64,000 nt of DNA. It comes from a virus. The position numbers were made by a program, and so were the translations under genes. Below the pieces are notes generated by a model. That model saw only the letters and a list, made by a program, of their open reading frames with translations, had not been told where the DNA came from and made no database searches. This document shows, in pieces, positions 1 through 7,880 of the stretch. How positions within the stretch are numbered: position 1 is the stretch's first letter; every line of letters starts with the position of its first letter. The stretch spans positions 1,810 to 65,809 of IMG/VR virus record IMGVR_UViG_3300020171_000004. One strand, written 5' to 3'.

Positions 1-210
1 ATCCATGTTCAAGCCGTTGGTAGAGACCCCTGGAACAAAGGCCCCGCTGCCAACCGTCAAGATCATCAGCAGGGTGCCGGTCTCGCTTGCATCAGCCGTG
101 GCCGGTTGCGACCCTGAATAGATATGGATGACACTGTTGGCCATTACGGTCTTGACACTTCCAACTGCATTGACTGCATCAGCGAATCCTGTACTTAATC
201 TCTCTGCCAT
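1..210 (-). CDS. virion-module protein, N-terminal 70 codons only (gene continues past the left edge)
   Basis: ATG at 210-208 is preceded by AAGAGGA. It reads MAERLSTGFADAVNAVGSVKTVMANSVIHIYSGSQPATADASETGTLL with no stop before position 1. It is GC-rich like the fibre island. It is absent from the ORF track because it is truncated. Confidence 0.6.
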   Translation of the reverse strand, partial: MAERLSTGFADAVNAVGSVKTVMANSVIHIYSGSQPATADASETGTLLMILTVGSGAFVPGVSTNGLNMD

Positions 211-222
211 TTTATGATCCTC

Positions 223-1146
223 TTAATATACTGAGTTAATTACGTTATGTCCATCAGCAACAGTTGCGCCCATAGCACCAGATGGATAGATTAGTTTCTT
301 TTCTGTAGCAACTGTCAATTGACCATCAGCAGATCCTATACACAATCCGGCATCAGATGACCATACAGCAGACAAACCTGGAATCTGAAATTCTGATTGA
401 CTAAGATCTACAAGTTCTATATTTTCTGACCATTCGTGCGCAGGGAATGGTGATTTCTTAATATACTGCATATCATCAAACTTATCACCAGCAGCAATAA
501 ATGCAGTCTTTTCACTATCAGATACCCAAACTCCACCTTTAACAGCCTTCATCATTCTTCCATTAGATCCAAACTGAAAGAACCGTCTTGCCATATCATA
601 CTTGCCATATGCGTTAGGTTCAGATACCCAAATAACATTCCCCTGCATTATCCACATACATGAGTTAAACAACTCAATATGACTACCTAATGGAGCTGGA
701 TAAAAAGCCCTAACAGTAGTAGCACCTACATGATCAGTCAGTGCTGGCCATGCAGTTGAAATTCCATTTTCAATAACCCCATTTTGATATGGGCTAGTAT
801 AATAGGTCTTTGCACCTACCTGCTTAAATGCAATTCTTGCACCTTTAGTAAGACCAGAACGAATCCCCGTTAGTGAAAAATCAGTACCAATCTGATATAA
901 CGCAGAATCACTTTCTCTATCCTGAACAACAAAGGCATCACCTTTATCACAAAAAAGAGAATGTGAAATTATTGATGAAAGTTCAATTTGCCCAAGTCGT
1001 CTAGAAATCATTCCAGAATCATCAATATCACAATCGACTGCTTCAGCAAGAAAACCTACACCAGTTTCAGGATTATATGGATGCCTCAAAGGATCAATAA
1101 TATTATTAATCCCTAAAGCACCTTTTAGAATAATTGATTCAGTCAT
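223..1146 (-). CDS. hypothetical late (virion-module) protein, 307 aa
   Basis: Long ORF, co-oriented with the late operon and 3 nt from the upstream gene. I recognise no motif. Confidence 0.75.
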   Translation of the reverse strand: MTESIILKGALGINNIIDPLRHPYNPETGVGFLAEAVDCDIDDSGMISRRLGQIELSSIISHSLFCDKGDAFVVQDRESDSALYQIGTDFSLTGIRSGLTKGARIAFKQVGAKTYYTSPYQNGVIENGISTAWPALTDHVGATTVRAFYPAPLGSHIELFNSCMWIMQGNVIWVSEPNAYGKYDMARRFFQFGSNGRMMKAVKGGVWVSDSEKTAFIAAGDKFDDMQYIKKSPFPAHEWSENIELVDLSQSEFQIPGLSAVWSSDAGLCIGSADGQLTVATEKKLIYPSGAMGATVADGHNVINSVY

Positions 1147-1149
1147 ATT

Positions 1150-2082
1150 TTATCTCAATATTAACCCACGAGAATCATAAGGAATTGTAAGTTCAAGTGT
1201 TTGCAAGGCGTCAAAAAACAAACCTTTATATTTTATTGTATTTGGAGTTAAATTTGCTGTTTTATCTGCTCCTTCAATTCCATCTTCAAGAAACTCATAA
1301 GCTTTCCATGCAGCAAAATTCGTCAATAATGCTATTTGCAAATGTTCAGGAATACCATCTGGAACATCCATATCATAAACCATTATAACAGGTTTCCGGT
1401 AAAAATGCAAGGTTAAAGTTTCACCAACCAATGGAATCCCCTGATAATATAACTTACCACCATGCTCTACAACCTCAGAAATGTTACCAGCCCTAGAAAG
1501 AGACGGATACGTTGTAATAAAATCAATAAAAGAATGTGCTATGTCAATTTCAGATCCACGCGCTGATACAGCAAGTTGAAGACCTCTTTGATAAGTGCTT
1601 GGCATATTCACATAAGCTAAAGCAGTATCAGTTGTAACAGTATCTATAGAAAAAAGATCAGGCAACGGTGGTGTAATCATATCATATAAATGTGATTTTA
1701 TACCACCAGCAATTTCAAAAACTCCTTGATTAATGAAATCCCCAATACTATCAGCAATACCAGTATCATCTACAAGAGTATTAGTTCTTGCTATTAATTC
1801 TGCAAAGGTATGACCAGAAGTTGATCTTGCAGCCTCACCATAAAATATCTGAAGATCATCAGTATCTGACATAGTTGTTGTGTCAAATATTAAAGTAAGA
1901 ACTTTATCTACAAGTGTTCCTGTAGTTGCAGGAGAAATTGAATTATAAATAACAAGACCATCTGTGCTATTTATTATAACTTCTAAATAATCTTCAACTA
2001 CATTATTAGTAAAAGTTATAGTTTTTGCACTGGCATCAAATACATAATCTGTTCTAAGCATTACAGTTCCTTTATTCCACAA
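1150..2082 (-). CDS. hypothetical late (virion-module) protein, 310 aa
   Basis: Long ORF in the late operon, tightly packed with its neighbours. I recognise no catalytic motif. Confidence 0.75.
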   Translation of the reverse strand: MWNKGTVMLRTDYVFDASAKTITFTNNVVEDYLEVIINSTDGLVIYNSISPATTGTLVDKVLTLIFDTTTMSDTDDLQIFYGEAARSTSGHTFAELIARTNTLVDDTGIADSIGDFINQGVFEIAGGIKSHLYDMITPPLPDLFSIDTVTTDTALAYVNMPSTYQRGLQLAVSARGSEIDIAHSFIDFITTYPSLSRAGNISEVVEHGGKLYYQGIPLVGETLTLHFYRKPVIMVYDMDVPDGIPEHLQIALLTNFAAWKAYEFLEDGIEGADKTANLTPNTIKYKGLFFDALQTLELTIPYDSRGLILR

Positions 2083-2132
2083 GTTTGTTCATATTTGAAC
2101 GACAAGTTTTCATCAGTTAAATTGAAAATTAT

Positions 2133-2378
2133 TTATAAATCATCTTGCGTTATTGGATTAGTTGGATCAATAAAAACTTCCGTAGCTTCAGGTCGATGCA
2201 CTGGTACACTTTGTTTTTCACCTAAAGGCTTAGGATCAGAATATTGTGGATGCTTCTCTTCCCAACAAGTATCAGCGCAAACAAATAGCTTATCCCATGT
2301 CATTCTACAATCAGAAGCATAACGCTCAAAGCCACACTGGTCACAAATTACTAAATAATCTCCAGGTCTGTAAGTCAT
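2133..2378 (-). CDS. small Cys-rich late protein (zinc-ribbon-like)
   Basis: Contains the Cys pairs CDQCG and CADTC followed by EEKHPQ. It is co-oriented and abuts the next ORF. Confidence 0.65.
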   Translation of the reverse strand: MTYRPGDYLVICDQCGFERYASDCRMTWDKLFVCADTCWEEKHPQYSDPKPLGEKQSVPVHRPEATEVFIDPTNPITQDDL

Positions 2379-2510
2379 TTATTTGCCTCGTAGTAATTTT
2401 ATAAAACTCTTCCACCATTTTTTTACAGGAACAGTAACCATAAATGAAACAGTTTTAGCCTTTTCTGGTGGACCATTAGGTGATTGGTCAAATCTTTGCC
2501 ATTTTGACAT
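2379..2510 (-). CDS. small basic protein, 43 aa (below the track cutoff)
   Basis: ATG at 2510 lies 2 nt after the endolysin TGA. Its TAA at 2379-2381 abuts the ATG at 2378. It reads MSKWQRFDQSPNGPPEKAKTVSFMVTVPVKKWWKSFIKLLRGK and exactly fills the gap between the flanking genes. Confidence 0.4.
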   Translation of the reverse strand: MSKWQRFDQSPNGPPEKAKTVSFMVTVPVKKWWKSFIKLLRGK

Positions 2511-2512
2511 AT

Positions 2513-2944
2513 TCATTTACCATCCAAATTATAAAATTTAATCCTACCTATTCGTGCAACAAATTTGCTTTGAACAGCCCATTTTGGATTTGGAATACTG
2601 ACATCAAAATATGAGTCTGCACCAGGGACAGGATTGACATCTAACCCTAAAAGTGCACTGTGTGCTGCCTTCAAACACTGTTTCCATGATGGGTCACTAG
2701 TTATTGGCCACTTAGTAAGTTGTCTGTCTTTTGGGTCAGTAACAGATGAAAATTGCCAAGGATCAAATAAAACACCCATAACATCACGACCCCACCATCC
2801 AGGATGTGCCACTCTGTTTAGCACAACATTAGCAACCCCAAGTTGTGCTTGATAAGATTCACCTCTAGCCTCTCTCCATATCACCAATGCTAGCATAGCC
2901 ATATCAGCGTTTCTTTGTAATACATCAGTCATATTATCATCCAA
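2513..2944 (-). CDS. endolysin, SleB/CwlJ-type cell-wall hydrolase (Hydrolase_2 family)
   Basis: ALVIWREARGESYQAQLGVANVVLNRV followed by PWQFSSV matches the SleB catalytic-domain pattern (EARGE, VANV.LNRV, QFS). Confidence 0.85.
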   Translation of the reverse strand: MDDNMTDVLQRNADMAMLALVIWREARGESYQAQLGVANVVLNRVAHPGWWGRDVMGVLFDPWQFSSVTDPKDRQLTKWPITSDPSWKQCLKAAHSALLGLDVNPVPGADSYFDVSIPNPKWAVQSKFVARIGRIKFYNLDGK

Positions 2945-3053
2945 TTAAATACACAATTATCATTCCGATTTCGTCGTAAATTTACCATTATTCGACAGTA
3001 AATATCCCAACTATCTGTTCGAAGTACTTTTCGTCTAAAATCTACTATTACGT

Positions 3054-3338
3054 TCATTCTTTATCGTCACCGTAGATTTTCTCATAGGCCGCTACGACTG
3101 CAAGGTAAACTTTGTTTTTCGCCACAGTACCAAACCCTCTTGCCTTTAAGTCATTAATTACATATTCTACAGCAGCCTTTCTCTTTTCTGTTCCAGTGCC
3201 AGTTATGGCCGCGGCATACTTTACGGCATCTATAGCGGTCTTTGACAGCTCCACCCCCAGATCAGTAAGATAAATCTTGAGAGATGGCAACAGAAAACTC
3301 CAAACTGCTGACATAAACAATCGTATTGCTGTAATCAT
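3054..3338 (-). CDS. holin-like membrane protein (LL-H/holin_6-like)
   Basis: Has an N-terminal TM segment (AIRLFMSAVWSFLLPSL) and then a GTEKRKAAVEYV motif typical of LL-H-type holins. It sits next to the endolysin. Confidence 0.6.
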   Translation of the reverse strand: MITAIRLFMSAVWSFLLPSLKIYLTDLGVELSKTAIDAVKYAAAITGTGTEKRKAAVEYVINDLKARGFGTVAKNKVYLAVVAAYEKIYGDDKE

Positions 3339-3339
3339 T

Positions 3340-3771
3340 TTATTTCTCCTTTAATTTTAACTGTTTAGCTATTTTATTCACGTCAGGTAAAAAAGCAGGA
3401 CTGACAATAATACCCGCTGGACCTGCGCCATATCCTCGCAAATACCATGATGCATGTCCATCGTCAAATACTACGTCATACTCTCCCCATTCAACGCTGT
3501 TTTTATACCAAGAGTAAAAACTTTCATATCCGTTTTTACTATTATCCGATGTACCAATAAATTTAGTTATAACAACGTACCCCTTGTGTGTCCCATCATC
3601 AGAGTATGCCAATTCTCCCTCAAACCAATACTGATCGGTATAAACTCCAGTAGTCATGTCACAGTCAAAATAAACAACAGGTACGGTTTCTGAATGAGCT
3701 GCACAACCAGAAATAATATTGGTTATACACAGCAATGCCACTGCCCATAATGTTAATGAAAAATATTTCAT
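3340..3771 (-). CDS. predicted outer-membrane lipoprotein, 143 aa
   Basis: Signal peptide with lipobox IISGC (MKYFSLTLWAVALLCITNIISGCAAH). Its ATG overlaps the stop of the upstream zinc-ribbon ORF (ATGA). Confidence 0.75.
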   Translation of the reverse strand: MKYFSLTLWAVALLCITNIISGCAAHSETVPVVYFDCDMTTGVYTDQYWFEGELAYSDDGTHKGYVVITKFIGTSDNSKNGYESFYSWYKNSVEWGEYDVVFDDGHASWYLRGYGAGPAGIIVSPAFLPDVNKIAKQLKLKEK

Positions 3772-3917
3772 CTCAAGTCTTTATGATGTGACAATAGTTC
3801 TGCAACTTCGCTTGCAGTCTTTGCGTAAATCTTTCCACAAGGAATACAGATCACTCCACCATCGTGGTTTCTTACACATTCTTTTTTGCATTTAGGGCAA
3901 ATAAACTTATGTTTCAT
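3768..3917 (-). CDS. 49-aa zinc-ribbon protein (below the track cutoff)
   Basis: Reads MKHKFICPKCKKECVRNHDGGVICIPCGKIYAKTASEVAELLSHHKDLR. It has CxxC twice, ATGA overlaps at both ends, and a paralogue at 5661-5810. Confidence 0.6.
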   Translation of the reverse strand: MKHKFICPKCKKECVRNHDGGVICIPCGKIYAKTASEVAELLSHHKDLR

Positions 3918-4228
3918 TGGTAGTCACTCCCAGATATTTTTTGTTTAACTTCTGCAGAACCAATACCGATCTTCTTAGAAGAAATAATAGTTGATATCAT
4001 ATTAAATGCAGCTAACAGTGCGACTACTCCAGCGACAGCTGCGTCAACGAGAGTTTGAATCCACTCCTGAGTAATTTCAAAATCTATAACGCCGAAGAAT
4101 TTAAGCGCCCAAGCAACAGCACCAACCAAGAAAACAAGATTAGAAACAAGAGATCCAGTTTTCCAAGATTCAGGATTAGCAACTTCCTTGCCTTTCTTCA
4201 GTGCTCTAAGGATATCACCAAGTACCAT
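3914..4228 (-). CDS. two-TM holin-like membrane protein
   Basis: I place the start at the internal Met (MVLGDILRALKKG) because GAGGGAG lies 4 nt upstream. There are two hydrophobic helices (LVSNLVFLVGAVAWALKFFGV and AAVAGVVALLAAFNMISTII). Confidence 0.65.
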   Translation of the reverse strand: MVLGDILRALKKGKEVANPESWKTGSLVSNLVFLVGAVAWALKFFGVIDFEITQEWIQTLVDAAVAGVVALLAAFNMISTIISSKKIGIGSAEVKQKISGSDYQ

Positions 4229-4229
4229 T

Positions 4230-4379
4230 TTACTCCCTCTCTGTAATGTTATCTTTAAACCATCTATCAATTAGCATCAGCGTATTTTTACCGTGGCTTT
4301 CTTCATGGTTTTCATGAATGCTCCGAGTGCAGGCTGACAGCATAATAATGATCAACAGTATGCCTAAATTACGAATCAT
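4230..4379 (-). CDS. 49-aa lipoprotein (o-spanin-sized)
   Basis: Uses the internal start MIRNLGILLIIIMLSAC, which has the canonical lipobox LSAC. It overlaps the upstream gene by 11 nt. The longer track ORF 4230..4490 overlaps 4369..4878. Confidence 0.5.
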   Translation of the reverse strand: MIRNLGILLIIIMLSACTRSIHENHEESHGKNTLMLIDRWFKDNITERE

Positions 4380-4878
4380 TACGTACCTTAAATCGAGGAA
4401 TACCCATGTCCTGCAGGTCGGTATCGGCAACTGCTGGAGTATCTCTACCTGGAAGGATAACACCATCAACTGACAGTATTTTTTTAACATACTCGACGCA
4501 ACTTGTTACATCATTATCCCTATTATTAAAACCCCACTGTGCCAAGATAGCCTCTGGTTGACTATATGCAAAACCTACTTGCCGCATAGCCTCAGTCAAT
4601 CCAGCCTCTGATAACTTAGATTTACGTGGGTACCAGTAAAAATCTCCCATCTTACTCAATGGGAAAATGCGAACCAATGGTTGAACAGCTTCAAATATCA
4701 TCACCCTATCGCCAACCACCCATGCCAACCCAAAATGAGCAAGAGGAGATTTAGTAACGTGCATCACCACTTGAACCTTCTTATCATACCAAGATGCTGA
4801 TTTTTCATGTGTAAAAGCAATAGGATCACCGCTATGGATAAGCCGACGCATTTCACTATATATTAAAGGTTTACTCAT
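4369..4878 (-). CDS. permuted papain-like hydrolase candidate (NlpC/P60 superfamily, YiiX/DUF830-like)
   Basis: The residue order GD.IAF, T.S..H.G, EA, then SCVEYV (His before Cys) resembles YiiX-type permuted peptidases. It lies within the lysis cassette. Confidence 0.45.
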   Translation of the reverse strand: MSKPLIYSEMRRLIHSGDPIAFTHEKSASWYDKKVQVVMHVTKSPLAHFGLAWVVGDRVMIFEAVQPLVRIFPLSKMGDFYWYPRKSKLSEAGLTEAMRQVGFAYSQPEAILAQWGFNNRDNDVTSCVEYVKKILSVDGVILPGRDTPAVADTDLQDMGIPRFKVRNDS

Positions 4879-5150
4879 TAATTTCCACCACTTTTATGCC
4901 ATATGCCAATACTTATTAAGCCTATAATAGAACCTATAAGTAAAACTATTAGTGTGTTCCACACTGTCTTTTTTGTCCCATCAAAAAACTCATTCAGGTT
5001 TTTATAAAATTTAACAGCTTCGCTTAACTCTTCCTTGGTCACAGGGCAGTCACATTCATGTATCTTTACAATTGCCGCTGCTATTGCATGTATATCCGCA
5101 TCTGACAACATCATAGCCCGTCTCTCAAATTCTATTGGCATATCTTCCAT
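4878..5150 (-). CDS. tail-anchored membrane protein, 90 aa
   Basis: I place the start at MEDMPIEF (ATG 5150, AAGGA upstream), because the longer track ORF overlaps 5191..5664. It has a C-terminal TM segment, VWNTLIVLLIGSIIGLISIGIW. Confidence 0.6.
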   Translation of the reverse strand: MEDMPIEFERRAMMLSDADIHAIAAAIVKIHECDCPVTKEELSEAVKFYKNLNEFFDGTKKTVWNTLIVLLIGSIIGLISIGIWHKSGGN

Positions 5151-5190
5151 ATATGTCCTTTTATAAGAAGTTAATGATATACCAACAGAA

Positions 5191-5664
5191 TTATTGCATA
5201 ATCCCAACTGGAGCATCTTCAGGATAAACAATTTCTGGCTTGACCACTTCTGGCTTAACAATAACAGGATCAACGACCTCAACCTTTACGGCATCGCTAA
5301 CCGCTTTTGTCACCTCGATAGCAGCAACGGCAGCTATTCCACCCATAGCAACATTGCCAGCAATACCAATCGCCTTGCCGATAATATCATTTCGTGACGT
5401 ATCGTATTGCAGACTCGGTGCTTGAACAACAGCTGTTTCGGCCATGGTTGTAATGGTTATGTTATCACCTCGCATTTCCTGCACTCCAGAAATAGTAACG
5501 GGCTGGTAGATTCGTTGTTTATTCAGATCCCTAAAAACATCCTGCCTGACATTGTTCATATTGGCTTCTTCTTGTGTCACAGCACATCCGGATATCATCG
5601 AGCCTAGAGCAAGAATCGCGCAAATCCACAAAGCGATTGAAACATAATTTCCCGTTGTCTTCAT
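5191..5664 (-). CDS. lipoprotein with a C-proximal glycine-zipper TM segment (u-spanin-like architecture)
   Basis: Lipobox MISGC, then a glycine-zipper segment IGKAIGIAGNVAMGGIAAVAAI, then a Pro/Val-rich tail. Its ATG overlaps the upstream zinc-ribbon stop (ATGA). Confidence 0.7.
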   Translation of the reverse strand: MKTTGNYVSIALWICAILALGSMISGCAVTQEEANMNNVRQDVFRDLNKQRIYQPVTISGVQEMRGDNITITTMAETAVVQAPSLQYDTSRNDIIGKAIGIAGNVAMGGIAAVAAIEVTKAVSDAVKVEVVDPVIVKPEVVKPEIVYPEDAPVGIMQ

Positions 5665-5810
5665 TCTTTATCCCCTTCTTTTAAAAGTTCTACCGCCTCT
5701 GCCGCGTCTTCAGCATACATTATTCAACATGATGTGCAAATAAAACCACCATCGTGGTTTCTTCCACATTGCTCTCCGCACTGTGTGCATTTGAATTCTA
5801 TAATTTCCAC
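5661..5810 (-). pseudogene. zinc-ribbon paralogue interrupted by an in-frame TGA (nonsense allele or readthrough)
   Basis: GTG start at 5810 with AGGAG 7 nt upstream. It reads VEIIEFKCTQCGEQCGRNHDGGFICTSC, then TGA at 5726-5724, then IMYAEDAAEAVELLKEGDKE. It is collinear and equal in length (49 codons) to 3768-3917. Confidence 0.5.
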
Positions 5811-5930
5811 AGTATTACTCCTGTCAGGATTAACAAAGCAATAACTTCCACCCACGTCAGCATTACACTATTATCCAAACTAGCAATGCTAAAACAACTA
5901 AGTAAGTTATCCAAAATTTCCCGGCAAACG

Positions 5931-7880
5931 TCATTGGATTACCGCCGATCCTGGTCCAGACAGGATTGCTGATCCAGCGCCGTTAATCAGTGCTCTAATA
6001 GCCAGTGGTGCTGGAGTATATACTCCAGCAATATATCCCACATCTGGTGCTGAACCATTCCAATGTATGCAACCAGTTAGGCTTGACCCGCCATTATCGT
6101 CTGGAAATGAGCAATGTACGCCATCTATATATAAACCAGCATCAATAGATGGAGACCCAACAGCAAGCGCAAAATCTCCAGTTGCCCCTGTTGAGGCTGC
6201 ACCCCAACCAAGTACACGGACACCACGACAATCTGTTGCCCGGCCACAATAAGGGGCCGATAGCGCAGGGGTAAATGTTATTGTCCTTGTGGTATCGTCT
6301 CCGATAGCTGTTATCTGCCTGCGCACACCATCATCCCCAACCTCTATATATTGTCCAACAATAGGACTTGGCCATGTGTATGTCGCCTCTGTTGCTAGCA
6401 AAACGGTATCAGATGCAATCTCCCCTTGAGATATAGACGCCCACAAAAATGGTTCATCAACGTCTGTAAACAACGGGTCATTTGATATTTCATTAACTGA
6501 ACTCCCGCCCAAAATACCCCCACCAGATGAGGAACAATCTAAATTTCCGCTTGCTATGGTATGGTAGTCTCTACTTAACCATTCAGCTATTGTAAATTTT
6601 GCAGAAATAGACGCACAACCTGTTGTGCTAATACTTTTGAGAGTGTCACCTGGATATAAATTAACATGGTCAAAATGCGTATATACGCTTTGTCCAGGCG
6701 GAGAATCTATCTGTGCCGCCCCCGTCCCACCAAAAGCACCTGCTGGTGAGATTTTTCCCAATATAGAGTTCCGAACAGTCAGGATACAACCTTTCTCGTC
6801 ATCACGACCACCCCTTGTGTTTTTAATACCGTTCTGCCCATTCGCCCACATTGTGGTATTATCAAGAACCGCAGTAGTTGAATCAGAGTATCCACCAGAA
6901 CATTTCAGTCCTGTTTCAGAACTGCGATATGATAGCACATTTTTAACCGAAAATGTCGATACCCTTCCAACAATTTCCGGCAGTGAACCACCTGGACCAA
7001 AATTCGAAACCCCCCAAATTTTAACCCCAGTTGCCCCTGAATTTTTTGTGACAATATTTACCAGTGTGGCGTTTTCAGCTTTGGTATCAACTCCATCTTC
7101 TGAGATTTTGTCAGTTACGATATTACTTATAGTAATATTCCTGACCCATTCATCAGTGTTTATACCGTCTCCGTCTCCGTTATCAGCACCTTTACCATCA
7201 TTTACGTTGGTTATCGTGAGATTATCGAGTAGGATATTGTCACTGTAATACCCACCATTGCCGACAAAAGCCACGGCACGAACCTGATCATTCACACTTG
7301 TAGGCACTCCCACTAGATCGTAAAACGTGCTATTTTTTACGACAACTCCATTTACTCCCCTAAAAACCATACCGTTTGAACAGTTATGTACTGTAACATT
7401 ATCAAACGATAGATTATTGCTAGTTGTGATTGTGCCATCAAAGGCCACCATCCCAATGGAATAGTTTTTAACTTCGAGCGGTCCTACAACGTGGATGTTA
7501 TTAAGGGGTGGGTACACATAAAATAGAGAACTTGCGTATGTTGCACCATCCCAACCGTCAAAAATAACCTCCTCATCTGCATACGGTTTGATTGTAATTG
7601 GATTTTCTGTGGTCCCTCCGGTAAGGCTCGTTGTTTTCGTCCCGAACTGTCTCCCAATATATGTTCCAGCTCGGAAATATATAGTATCTCCTGGCCCCGG
7701 TGCGTTCCAGTTTTTATCCCATATCATCACCTTCGCATCGCAAAATGGCTGAGTGATTGACCCTGTACCAGTTGTGTTAGAGCATGTTCCACCTATTGAG
7801 TTTTTGTCAAAAAACCAATCCTGGCAAAAACCTACTGACGGAAACAACAATAAAGCTACTATCAGGCATATTTTTATCAT
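5931..7880 (-). CDS. right-handed parallel beta-helix protein (pectate-lyase-like depolymerase or tailspike candidate) with an N-terminal hydrophobic signal-like segment
   Basis: Repeated PbH1-type turns (NVTVHNCSNGMVFRG, VVVKNSTFYD, NLTITNVNDG, NITISNIV). The N-terminus is MIKICLIVALLLFPSVGFCQ. The gene is GC-rich. Confidence 0.75.
   Translation of the reverse strand: MIKICLIVALLLFPSVGFCQDWFFDKNSIGGTCSNTTGTGSITQPFCDAKVMIWDKNWNAPGPGDTIYFRAGTYIGRQFGTKTTSLTGGTTENPITIKPYADEEVIFDGWDGATYASSLFYVYPPLNNIHVVGPLEVKNYSIGMVAFDGTITTSNNLSFDNVTVHNCSNGMVFRGVNGVVVKNSTFYDLVGVPTSVNDQVRAVAFVGNGGYYSDNILLDNLTITNVNDGKGADNGDGDGINTDEWVRNITISNIVTDKISEDGVDTKAENATLVNIVTKNSGATGVKIWGVSNFGPGGSLPEIVGRVSTFSVKNVLSYRSSETGLKCSGGYSDSTTAVLDNTTMWANGQNGIKNTRGGRDDEKGCILTVRNSILGKISPAGAFGGTGAAQIDSPPGQSVYTHFDHVNLYPGDTLKSISTTGCASISAKFTIAEWLSRDYHTIASGNLDCSSSGGGILGGSSVNEISNDPLFTDVDEPFLWASISQGEIASDTVLLATEATYTWPSPIVGQYIEVGDDGVRRQITAIGDDTTRTITFTPALSAPYCGRATDCRGVRVLGWGAASTGATGDFALAVGSPSIDAGLYIDGVHCSFPDDNGGSSLTGCIHWNGSAPDVGYIAGVYTPAPLAIRALINGAGSAILSGPGSAVIQ

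Noticed and set aside
5724-5726. Genome-wide TGA reassignment (code 4 or 25), suggested by a TGA aligned to a Gly codon.
   Set aside because: TGA clearly terminates the endolysin (2513-2515), the LL-H-like holin (3054-3056) and many ATGA-coupled genes. The long ORFs are intact under the standard code.
6625-7248. A 207-aa plus-strand ORF (with several other 60-120-aa plus-strand ORFs between 5.2 and 9.4 kb).
   Set aside because: It is antisense to strongly supported late genes. Its sequence is low-complexity and Pro/Ser-rich, with no SD. Long antisense ORFs are expected in GC-richer sequence.
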